Shown piece after piece: positions 48,677-57,268 of a stretch of 64,000 bases of DNA; within the stretch, counting starts at the first letter, position 1; each line of letters starts with the position of its first letter. This DNA is from an uncultured Spirochaetaceae bacterium (lineage in GTDB: Bacteria > Myxococcota_A > UBA9160 > UBA4427). The stretch is from positions 19,974 to 83,973 of the forward strand of contig CAZETS010000012.1 of the NCBI GenBank assembly GCA_964515335.1. The letters run 5' to 3'. Made by a program: the position numbers and the translations under genes. Under the pieces are notes generated by a model, which made no database searches, was not told where the DNA came from, and saw nothing but the letters and a program-made list of their open reading frames with translations.

Positions 48677-49701
48677 CAGCCGTCCACCCGGATCTCGCGT
48701 CCGCCCTCGGCGAGCGACCGCGAAAGCGCATCGAGCGCACGCACGACCGCCAGTCCTTCGCGGCCGCCGGAGAGCGGATCCTTGCCGTCGACCACGCAGT
48801 CGAGGAAGTGCTCGCACTCGTTCGCGAGGGGCTCGCTCGCCGGCACGCGCGGCACCGTGATGTCCCCCTCGTGAACGCTCATCCGAAACGAATCGATCGA
48901 GTCGACGAAGGCCGGACTGCTCCTCGAATCCGTCACCTGCTTGTCGTAGAGGCGCAGCGGCTCGGCGGGATTCACGTCGTCGAAGGTGAGCATGCGGCGG
49001 TCGCCTACGACGGTGATGTCGCGGGCCTTGCGCGGATTGAGCCAGGAGGCGTGCAGGCTCACGAGCACGTCGCCGGGATAGCGCAGCGTCGCGAACACCA
49101 CGTCGGCGATGCCGGAATTGATGAACGCGCCCCCGGCCGCGCTGACCGTGAGCGGCTCGGCGTCGAGCCAGTAGCTCGCCAACGCGATGTCGTGGGCCGC
49201 CAGGTCCCACGCGGCGTCGACGTCGACCCGGATGGGCCCGAGGTTGGTCCTCACCATCGACACGTAGTAGACGCGACCGAGGTCGCCGTCGATCAGGTAG
49301 TCCTTCACGCGCCGGGCCGCGGCGTTGTAGACGAAGACGTGGCCCACCATCAGCACACGGCCGGCGCGCTCGGCCGCGGCACACAGCTCGCGGCTGGTCT
49401 CGACCGAGTGGGTGAGCGGCTTCTCGACGAGCACGTGCTTGCCGTGCTCGAGCGCCGCCCGCGCCAGCTCGAAGTGGCTGCGCGTCGGCGTCGCGATCAC
49501 GACCGCGTCGACCGAACCGTCTGCCATGACGGCGCCGAGGTCGCTGCCGGTGCGGACCGACGGAAAGCGATCCGCGACCTCGCCGAGCCGGCTCTCGTCG
49601 CTGTCCACCACCGCGACCACGCGACTGCGCTCGCTGCGCTCGAAGTTCGCGATGAGGTTCGGGCCCCAGCGGCCCGCTCCGATGACGGCGACTCCGACCA
49701 T
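48676..49701 (-). CDS. Gfo/Idh/MocA oxidoreductase (sugar 3-dehydrogenase-like)
   Basis: GAGRWGPN, HVLVEKP, MVGH, WDLAAHD. Confidence 0.92.
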   Translation of the reverse strand: MVGVAVIGAGRWGPNLIANFERSERSRVVAVVDSDESRLGEVADRFPSVRTGSDLGAVMADGSVDAVVIATPTRSHFELARAALEHGKHVLVEKPLTHSVETSRELCAAAERAGRVLMVGHVFVYNAAARRVKDYLIDGDLGRVYYVSMVRTNLGPIRVDVDAAWDLAAHDIALASYWLDAEPLTVSAAGGAFINSGIADVVFATLRYPGDVLVSLHASWLNPRKARDITVVGDRRMLTFDDVNPAEPLRLYDKQVTDSRSSPAFVDSIDSFRMSVHEGDITVPRVPASEPLANECEHFLDCVVDGKDPLSGGREGLAVVRALDALSRSLAEGGREIRVDG

Positions 49702-49707
49702 CCGAGG

Positions 49708-50430
49708 CTACTTCCTGATCCCGAGCCCGAGGTAGACGAGGGGTCGGAGCATAGACCACCACCCGGTGACGGGCTTCATCTTGGTCTGCCCGACGGCGCG
49801 GGGCGGATAGATCTTCGTGACCGGGACCTCGGCGGTGCGATACCCGAGGCGAATCGTCTTGATGTAGAGGTATGGCTCGAGCTCGTACTCGTCGAGCCAC
49901 GCCTGATCGAGGTCGAGTCGCGGGTCCTCGAGCACGCCGCGCCGGATCGCCCGGAAGCCGTTGGTCGATTCGGTGACTCGCCGCCGTGCGACGAGCGAGA
50001 AGAGCAGCGGGTGCAGGCGCGTCGCGATGCGGCGGTAGAGCGGCATGGGCCCGAAGTCCGCCCGTTCCTTGAGGAAGCGCGAGCCCTGCACGAAGTCGGC
50101 GCGGTCGTCGGCGATGGGATCGAGCAGCAGCGGGATCTCCTCGGGCGAGTCCTTGTTGTTGCCCGCCATCACGACCGCCACGTCGTAGCCCTTCTCGATG
50201 GCGATCCGGTAGCCCGCGCGGATGGCCGCGCCCACGCCCGCCACATAGCCCATCGGATGCACGCTGGCGCCGAGTTCCCGCGCGACCGTCGCCGAGCGGT
50301 CCGTCGAGCCGTCGTCGACGACGAGCACCTCGTCGACGAGCGGCCGCGGCGTACGCCGCACGACCTCCCGGATCTTGGCCTCCTCGTTCAGGACGGGCGC
50401 AATCGCGATGACCGAGAGGCCGCGGTACAC
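49708..50430 (-). CDS. GT2 glycosyltransferase (DPM1-like)
   Basis: APVLNEE, DDGSTD, GSRFL, TNGFRA. GTG 50430 is preferred over ATG 50439 because TACAAT overlaps the latter. Confidence 0.88.
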   Translation of the reverse strand: MYRGLSVIAIAPVLNEEAKIREVVRRTPRPLVDEVLVVDDGSTDRSATVARELGASVHPMGYVAGVGAAIRAGYRIAIEKGYDVAVVMAGNNKDSPEEIPLLLDPIADDRADFVQGSRFLKERADFGPMPLYRRIATRLHPLLFSLVARRRVTESTNGFRAIRRGVLEDPRLDLDQAWLDEYELEPYLYIKTIRLGYRTAEVPVTKIYPPRAVGQTKMKPVTGWWSMLRPLVYLGLGIRK

Positions 50431-50553
50431 GCGGTGCATTGTATCACCCGCACCGCACTCGGCGCGGGCCGAGTGGCGGACGAGCCCACACCGACGTGCA
50501 ATCGACCGGCAAAGCGAGCCTCGGCGACACGCAAGGCGGCGCCCGCCGCTCGG

Positions 50554-52002
50554 CTAGTCGCTCGGCGCGGTCCCGGTGGTGGCGCCGGGGTCGTCGGGGT
50601 CCGGCTCCGGAGGCAGGTAGCCCAGCGCACGCAGCTGCTCGACGTGCTCGGGCGGCATCGCCTCGGCGGCGACGAGCGGGGCGCTGCTCTCGAGGTATCG
50701 CATCAGGTCCTGCACGGCGTTCTCGTCCACTTCGACGACCCGCCAGGGGCCCTCGTGTCCCCACTCGAGGGTCTGGATCTGCGTGGGGCGGGTCCGGGCC
50801 TCGCCGCGTCCACCGACCATGGCCCCGCCGATGCGGGTCATACGGCCGAGGACGTAGAAGGCGGCCTCTCCGTCGGTGTCGGTGAAGACCGCGCGCTCGG
50901 CCAACGCCTCGCCCTCGACGATCGCCGAGCGCAGCGAGCGGCCGCTCTGCTCGTCGAGCGCCGGCAACCCGGCCAGCTCGAGCAGGGTGGGGGCGATGTC
51001 GACGTGGCTCACCAGCGCCTCGACGCGACGCGGACGCACCTCGGGCGCGACCACGATCATCGGCACCCGGACCAGGTCCGGCGTCGTCGCGTGGCCGTGC
51101 TGGAAGTACCAGCCGAGTTCGCCCATGCTCTCGCCGTGATCGGCGGTGAGCAGCACGACGCTGCCCCGCTCGCCCGCCCGCGCCTCGATGGCCGCGACCA
51201 CCTCGCCCACCTGGTGATCGGCGTAGAGCAGCTCTTCGGCGTAGCGGCCGGCGTAGACTTCGGGCCGGCGCTCGTCGCCGAGCCTCTGGTACGCGGGAAT
51301 ACCAGCCTGGCCGGTGTTGGCGTCCAGCGCCGCGAGCGGCCGGGTCAAGCGCAGGGGCCACGCACCGATCCGATCGCGGTAGTCGTCGGGCGGGGTGTAG
51401 GGGCCGTGCGGATCCTGGAGGTGCAGCCACAGGAAGACCGGCGCATCGCCGCGCTCGGCCAGCCACCGGGTGGCCCGAGCCGCCGTGTCGGCCGCGATCC
51501 GCTCGAAGTAGGCCTTTCGGTTCTGCTCGCCCCGCACGAGTTCGTCGTCGTAGACGTCGAAGCCGCGATCGAGGCCGCTGCGCCGCCGCAGCACCACGTT
51601 GCTCACGAAGGCGCCGGTCTCGTAGCCCGCCTCGCGGAAGCGCTCGGCCAGGGTCTCGATGCCTTCGAGCCGCGTCTCACCGTTCAGCGTGCCGATCGAG
51701 TGTTCGCGCGCGTAGCGGGAAGTCATGATCGAGGCGTGCGCCGGCGCGGTCAGGCTCGCGGCGGCGATGGCGTTCTCGAAGACCGCGCCCCTCGCGGCCA
51801 GCGCGTCGATCCGGGGCGTCGTCTCGGCCCCGAACCCGTAGGCGTGCACCCAGTCGGCGCGCAGCGTGTCGATCGTGACGAGCAGCACGTCCGGGGGCGG
51901 GCGGTCGCCCCCCGAGCAGGCGAGCACCAACGCGGTGAGCCACCCGACGAGCGCCGCGCCCCGGGCAGGCCCGCATCCGCGCAGCCGCCTTCGACCGCTC
52001 AC
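50554..52002 (-). CDS. Sulfatase-like lipoprotein
   Basis: Lipobox VLAC, IDTLRAD, ASLTAPAHAS, HLQDPHGPY, ADHGE, LRALGY. Confidence 0.85.
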   Translation of the reverse strand: MSGRRRLRGCGPARGAALVGWLTALVLACSGGDRPPPDVLLVTIDTLRADWVHAYGFGAETTPRIDALAARGAVFENAIAAASLTAPAHASIMTSRYAREHSIGTLNGETRLEGIETLAERFREAGYETGAFVSNVVLRRRSGLDRGFDVYDDELVRGEQNRKAYFERIAADTAARATRWLAERGDAPVFLWLHLQDPHGPYTPPDDYRDRIGAWPLRLTRPLAALDANTGQAGIPAYQRLGDERRPEVYAGRYAEELLYADHQVGEVVAAIEARAGERGSVVLLTADHGESMGELGWYFQHGHATTPDLVRVPMIVVAPEVRPRRVEALVSHVDIAPTLLELAGLPALDEQSGRSLRSAIVEGEALAERAVFTDTDGEAAFYVLGRMTRIGGAMVGGRGEARTRPTQIQTLEWGHEGPWRVVEVDENAVQDLMRYLESSAPLVAAEAMPPEHVEQLRALGYLPPEPDPDDPGATTGTAPSD

Positions 52003-53444
52003 TCGACGTAGCCCATCGCGCGAAGCCGCTCGCGGTCGCCCTCGGAGAGCTCCGGCGCCTGGGTGCCGGCGCGCTCGTAGCGGTCGCGCCACGCGGCGAT
52101 CAGCGCGCGCAGCTCGGCGACGCGCTCGGGCTCGCTCGCGGCGAGATTCACGCGCTCGGCCGGGTCGCTCGCGAGATCGAACAGCTCGAGCGTGCCCTCG
52201 GCCGGCCCCTCGATCAGCTTCCACGACCCCGCGCGCACGCCGTACTTCTCCCCCCTTGCCTCGAGACCATCGCCCACTTCCTCCTCGCCCGAGTAGTGTC
52301 GCCGATAGAGATGGATCGGCGCAGCGGACGCAGCGGCGCCCTCCCCTCCGAGCAGTCGAGAAGCCGCACCCGGCCGACCGAGTCCGCCTGCGTGGGCGTC
52401 GCCGAGCAGCTCGAGGACCGCCGGCGCCAGGTCGACCAGTGCGAACGGGCCCGGCACTTCGACGCCGGCGGCAACGCGGCCGGGCCAGCGCACCACCAAC
52501 GGCACCCGCACCGCCTCCTCGTACACGTGCACACCGTGGAACATGTGGCCGTGCGTCATCAGGCCCTCTCCGTGGTCGCCGGTGACGATCACGAGGGTGT
52601 CGTCGCCGAGCCCGGCGGCGTCGAGACCCTCGAGCAGACGGCCGATCTCCCGATCCGTGTAGGCGACGAGCACGTCGTACAGATAGATGGTGCGATTGAG
52701 CTTGAGGGCCTCCTTCTGCGACACCGGAAACGGCGGCGGGAAGTCGGCGGGCGGTGTGTACGGATCGTGGGGATCGTAGTAGTGGACGAAGAGGAAGAAG
52801 GGGCGGCCTTCGCGGCCTCGCCCGGCGAGCCAGCTCAGCGCCCTGTCGGTGGTGTCGTCGGCGCGGCCGTAGAAGCGTTCCTCGATCGCCTCGCCCTCCC
52901 AGAGCGTCGTGCCCACGGGCGTGCCAGCCTGCGAGAAGTCGTCGTCGAAGTGGTCGAATCCCTGCGCGTAGCCGAAGCGACCGCTGAGCACGTACGAGCT
53001 GACGACGGCCCCCGTCCGGTAGCCGATCTGGGACAGGCGCTCGGCGAGCGTGAGCTCGGTGTCGGCGAGCGAGTGGCCGTTCTTGCGCACACCGTGGGCG
53101 ATCGGCGGGAGCGCCGTGAAGAGGCTCGCATGGCTGGGGCCGGTGGTCGCGGACGGCGCGTACGCGGCCCGCACCCGCGTGCCGGCCTCGGCGAGTGCGG
53201 TGAGCGACGGCGAGGTCTCGCGCTCGTAGCCGTAGGTCGAGAGATGATCGGCCCGGATCGTGTCGATCGAGATCAGCAGGACGTTCGGCCCGGGTGGCCC
53301 CCCGCCCGGCTCGCCGGCCTCGGGCGTGCAGCCGAGGCCGAGCACCGCCAGCGCGACGAAGGCCGCGGCTCGCGACGTGGAGACATCGACGAGCAGGCCG
53401 CCGACGAGCCGATCGGCCCCGCTGACGAGTCGCCCCACCCGCAT
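51999..53444 (-). CDS. Sulfatase-like lipoprotein
   Basis: Lipobox GLGC, IDTIRAD, SATTGPSHAS, HYYDPHDPY, GDHGE, LRAMGY. Confidence 0.85.
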   Translation of the reverse strand: MRVGRLVSGADRLVGGLLVDVSTSRAAAFVALAVLGLGCTPEAGEPGGGPPGPNVLLISIDTIRADHLSTYGYERETSPSLTALAEAGTRVRAAYAPSATTGPSHASLFTALPPIAHGVRKNGHSLADTELTLAERLSQIGYRTGAVVSSYVLSGRFGYAQGFDHFDDDFSQAGTPVGTTLWEGEAIEERFYGRADDTTDRALSWLAGRGREGRPFFLFVHYYDPHDPYTPPADFPPPFPVSQKEALKLNRTIYLYDVLVAYTDREIGRLLEGLDAAGLGDDTLVIVTGDHGEGLMTHGHMFHGVHVYEEAVRVPLVVRWPGRVAAGVEVPGPFALVDLAPAVLELLGDAHAGGLGRPGAASRLLGGEGAAASAAPIHLYRRHYSGEEEVGDGLEARGEKYGVRAGSWKLIEGPAEGTLELFDLASDPAERVNLAASEPERVAELRALIAAWRDRYERAGTQAPELSEGDRERLRAMGYVE

Positions 53445-53611
53445 GGCGGCAACATACCCCCCGCGAAGCGGCCCATCCATTCGGCCCGTCGCGCCGACAC
53501 GGCGCAGCGGTCGTGCCGCGATACACTGCGCCCGCCCAGACACGCGCGATCGGTCGTCGCTGCGAGGACCGCACGGCCGTCTCACCGCGCACCCGACCCG
53601 CTGGGGAGGCC

Positions 53612-54595
53612 ATGCCGCCCGAACGCACGTCCGTCGCGATGGCCACCTGCGAGGGGGCGCGCTTCGTCGAAGAGCAGCTCTCGAGCATCGCGGCGCAGAC
53701 CCGGCCCCCGGACGAGCTCGTCGTCTGCGACGACGCTTCCACCGACGACACGGTCGCCCGGGTGGAGGAGTTCGCCGCGGGCGCGCCGTTTCCCGTGCGC
53801 ATCGAGCGGGGCGCCCGTCGCCTCGGCGCCACCGCGAACTTCGAGCGCGCCGTCTCGCTCTGCACGGGCGACGTGGTGCTGCTCGCCGACCAGGACGACG
53901 TCTGGGCCGCCCACAAGGTCGAGACGCTCGCCCACGCGCTCGAGCAGGCGCCCGACGCGGGGCTCGTCTTCTCGAACGGCGAGGTCGTCGACGAGGCGCT
54001 TCGCCCCCGCGGCTACGACCTCTGGCGTGCGCTCTTCTTCGAAGCCGGCGACCGCGACCGGGTTCGCCGGGGCGAGGCGCCGGCCGTGTTCGCGCGCCGC
54101 GTGGTCGCCGCCGGGACCACCCTCGCCTTTCGCGCGCGCTACCGGGCGCTGCTGCACCCCTTCCCCGACCTGCCGAGCACCCACGACGCCTGGATCGCGT
54201 TCCTGATCGCCTGCGTGGCGCCCTGCGCGCTGGTCGACGAGACGCTGATCCGATACCGGCTGCACGACGACAACCAGATCGGCATCCGACGCCTCGGCTG
54301 GCTGGGGCAGCTGCGCCAGGCCCGGCGGCAGCTCGAGCGCGGCACCTTCGCGCAGGACGTCGCGTTCTTCTCGCTCGCGCGGGATCGGCTGGCGAGCGCC
54401 GGCCCCGACTTCGTGCCGATCGGCGACGCGCTGGCCGTGATCGACGAGAAGATCGACCACGCGCGCCGGCGCGACACGCTGCCCGGGTCGCTCGCCGCCC
54501 GTCTCCCCGTCGTAGCCGGCGAGTGGCTGCGCGGCCGCTACGGACGCTTCGGCTACGGCTGGAAGAGCGCCGCGCAGGACCTCTGGCTGCGCTGA
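53612..54595 (+). CDS. GT2 glycosyltransferase (rhamnosyltransferase-like)
   Basis: SVAMAT, DDASTD, NFERA, ADQDDVW, HDAW, YRLH; GGAGG RBS. Confidence 0.88.
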   Translation: MPPERTSVAMATCEGARFVEEQLSSIAAQTRPPDELVVCDDASTDDTVARVEEFAAGAPFPVRIERGARRLGATANFERAVSLCTGDVVLLADQDDVWAAHKVETLAHALEQAPDAGLVFSNGEVVDEALRPRGYDLWRALFFEAGDRDRVRRGEAPAVFARRVVAAGTTLAFRARYRALLHPFPDLPSTHDAWIAFLIACVAPCALVDETLIRYRLHDDNQIGIRRLGWLGQLRQARRQLERGTFAQDVAFFSLARDRLASAGPDFVPIGDALAVIDEKIDHARRRDTLPGSLAARLPVVAGEWLRGRYGRFGYGWKSAAQDLWLR

Positions 54596-54634
54596 GCGGG
54601 CGGCCGAAGGCGGCCCGCAACGGCCCATCTCGGG

Positions 54635-56320
54635 TCAGGGCCTTTCGGCTCGTCGCGTATAGACGACCAGCGCAGGATCCGAGCCGCCCGGCACGGGCGC
54701 AGCGAACCAGTGGGTGCGGTCGAGCACCCGGCCCCGGTAGAGCTCGGGCAGGCTGTTGTAGGGCGTATCGGCGACGTCGAGGATACGAGACGCGTAGCCC
54801 CCGGCGAGCAGGTAGCGGCGCACCTCGCCGAGACGCTTCGGGTGGCCGGTTCGGGGAATCACGACGTCGGGCCGCTCGAGCCGCTCGGTGCGGATCCGTT
54901 CCGCGTCGGCGGCGTGGAAGCGTCCGACGACGCGGCTGCCGAGATAGAACATCAGCGGCTCGGCCTCATAGTTGGTGGCCAACACCAGCTGCTCGGGGCG
55001 TGGGTGCTCGCTCGAAAGCACCGAGACGATCCGATCGATCGGCCCCTCGACGGGCGCGACGATCTCGCGCACACGCCCGGAGAGCTCCCCGCCGCGCACG
55101 GCGAGCATCGCCGCGACGGCGATCCCGAGCACCGCGAAGACCCTGCGTCGCGACGGCGCGCCGGGGGCGGCGGCCGACAGCCGGGCCAGCAAGACCTCGC
55201 CGTCGAGCACAGCGGCCAGCGCCAGCACGGGCCCGACCGCCACGAAGTAGCGCTCGAAGAAGATCGGGTTGGCGGCCCCCACCAGTCCCAGCCAGGCGGC
55301 CAGCCGCAGCAGCACGAGCGCCGCGCCGCGGGCGGGCTCGTCCGGGGCGGCGCCGCTGCGCGTGAGCCGGAGCGCGCCTTCGAGCAGCAGCACCAATGGC
55401 AGCCACTCCCAGCGCAGCAGGTAGACGAGCAGGTGGCCGAGGTTGCCCAGGTAGAGGGCCGGCCCGAACGACCAGCGCTCGGCCAGAGCTCCGGACACCG
55501 CGAGCAGGTCGAAGCGCATCGCCAGGTGAATGCCGACCGCCGCGGCGACGGCCACCGGCGCGAGCAGCGCGAGCGTGCGGCGCGTGGCCGTGGCGTCGCG
55601 CCGGCCCGCGGCCCCCGGGCCCCGCCTCGCGCGCAGCCGGTCGAGCGCCGCCTCGCCGACGATCCACGCCATCGTGGCCGCCGCGGCCGGAAAGAAGACG
55701 TTGAGCAACACGACCAGGTCGACCGCCAGGGCCGCGGCCAGCAGCACCTCTCGCAGTCGCCCGCCGCCTCCGCGCCCGAGCGCGCGCACGAGCGCGACGG
55801 CGATTCCGACGCCGGCCACCATCGGCCCGTAGTACCGCACCTCGCGCAGGTGCAGCTGCAGCGACGTCGAGGCGCAGAGCAGCAACAGGAAGGCGGTGGC
55901 GGCGGGCAGCGCACTGCCGGACCGCCCGGCGAGCGGGCCGCGAAAGGCGCCGACGAGCAGGGCCAGACCGAGGACGCCGCTCAGCACGAACGGCAGACGC
56001 ACCCGGGCGGTGCGGGCGTACGGGTCGTCGTGGCCGGCCGACCAGGCGACCCCCGCCGCTGCCAGGTAGTACTGACCCCAGAGGCTGCCGAGGTAAGCGT
56101 CCGTCTCGGCGTCGACGGCGACCTCGAGCGGCAGCCCCATGCCGTACACGACGCCCTCGGCGCCGTGCACCTTGGGGTAGCCGTGATCGAGCACGCGGCG
56201 GCCGAACATCGCCGTCTCGCCCTCGTCCTGCCAGAAGAGCGGGTGTCCGATCGAGCCCAGCTGCAGCAGCGCGTAGAGGGACGCCGCCGCGACCAAGGCC
56301 ATCAGGCGCGTGCGCTTCAC
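54635..56320 (-). CDS. GT-C-like multi-pass membrane protein
   Basis: FWQDEGETA after TM1, RLPFVL, EVRYY, FERY. Start uncertain. Confidence 0.65.
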   Translation of the reverse strand: MKRTRLMALVAAASLYALLQLGSIGHPLFWQDEGETAMFGRRVLDHGYPKVHGAEGVVYGMGLPLEVAVDAETDAYLGSLWGQYYLAAAGVAWSAGHDDPYARTARVRLPFVLSGVLGLALLVGAFRGPLAGRSGSALPAATAFLLLLCASTSLQLHLREVRYYGPMVAGVGIAVALVRALGRGGGGRLREVLLAAALAVDLVVLLNVFFPAAAATMAWIVGEAALDRLRARRGPGAAGRRDATATRRTLALLAPVAVAAAVGIHLAMRFDLLAVSGALAERWSFGPALYLGNLGHLLVYLLRWEWLPLVLLLEGALRLTRSGAAPDEPARGAALVLLRLAAWLGLVGAANPIFFERYFVAVGPVLALAAVLDGEVLLARLSAAAPGAPSRRRVFAVLGIAVAAMLAVRGGELSGRVREIVAPVEGPIDRIVSVLSSEHPRPEQLVLATNYEAEPLMFYLGSRVVGRFHAADAERIRTERLERPDVVIPRTGHPKRLGEVRRYLLAGGYASRILDVADTPYNSLPELYRGRVLDRTHWFAAPVPGGSDPALVVYTRRAERP

Positions 56321-56485
56321 GGGCAGGCCCCACCCACCCTTGCTCGCCGGCCCATGCTCATCCGAGGCGTCCTTCCCACCAGCGGCCGCGCGACCGCGAC
56401 CCGGCCGCGCCGACTCCCTGCCGGACGCCGCAAGAGTACGAGCCCCAAGGCAGATCTCCAGGGTCGGGGTAGAATCGCGGGCGGC

Positions 56486-57268
56486 ATGGCGCAGACCACC
56501 ATCGTCGTTCCCTGCTTCGACGAGGCCGACCGACTGCCCGTCGACGCCTTCGCCGAGCATGCCCGCAAGCACGTCGACACCGACTTCGTCTTCGTGAACG
56601 ACGGCAGCCGCGACCGCACCCTCGGTGTCCTGCGCGACCTCGAGGCACGGGCGCCCGAGCGCATCGCGGTGCTCGACCAGCAGCCCAACGCGGGCAAGGC
56701 GGAGGCGGTTCGCATCGGCATGAACGCTGCCTTCGAGCGGGGCTGCCGCTACGCGGGCTACCTCGACGCGGATCTCGCGGCCCCGCTCAGCGAGATCGCC
56801 CGCCTGCGCGGCGTGCTCGAAGACCACGAGCAGGTCGAGATGGTGTACGGCGCGCGGGTGCAGCTGATGGGGCGGCGCATCCAGCGCAGCGGCGTGCGCC
56901 ACTACCTCGGCCGCGTGTTCGCGACGCTGGCCTCGGAGACGCTCGGCCTCGCCATCTACGACACCCAGTGCGGCGCCAAGCTCTTCCGTGTGTCGCCGCT
57001 CGTGCGCACGCTCTTCGCCGAACCGTTCGTGGGCGGCTGGATCTTCGACGTCGAGATCCTCGCCCGGCGCATCGCGGCGGGTCGCGACGGCGGGCTTCCG
57101 CCGGTCGAGGAAGCGATCTACGAGCTTCCGCTCGACACCTGGGTGGACGTCGCGGGCTCGAAGGTCCGCCCGGGCGACTTCGTCCGCGCCGCCCTGGCGA
57201 TGTGGCGCATTCGGAGGCGCTACCTCCGGCCGGGCACAGCAGGAGACGCCGCGACGGGGCGCGGGTGA
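56486..57268 (+). CDS. GT2 dolichyl-phosphate glucosyltransferase-like enzyme
   Basis: VVPCFDE, NDGSRD, GKAEAVRIG, LDADLA, DTQCGAKLF, WIFDVE. Confidence 0.9.
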   Translation: MAQTTIVVPCFDEADRLPVDAFAEHARKHVDTDFVFVNDGSRDRTLGVLRDLEARAPERIAVLDQQPNAGKAEAVRIGMNAAFERGCRYAGYLDADLAAPLSEIARLRGVLEDHEQVEMVYGARVQLMGRRIQRSGVRHYLGRVFATLASETLGLAIYDTQCGAKLFRVSPLVRTLFAEPFVGGWIFDVEILARRIAAGRDGGLPPVEEAIYELPLDTWVDVAGSKVRPGDFVRAALAMWRIRRRYLRPGTAGDAATGRG

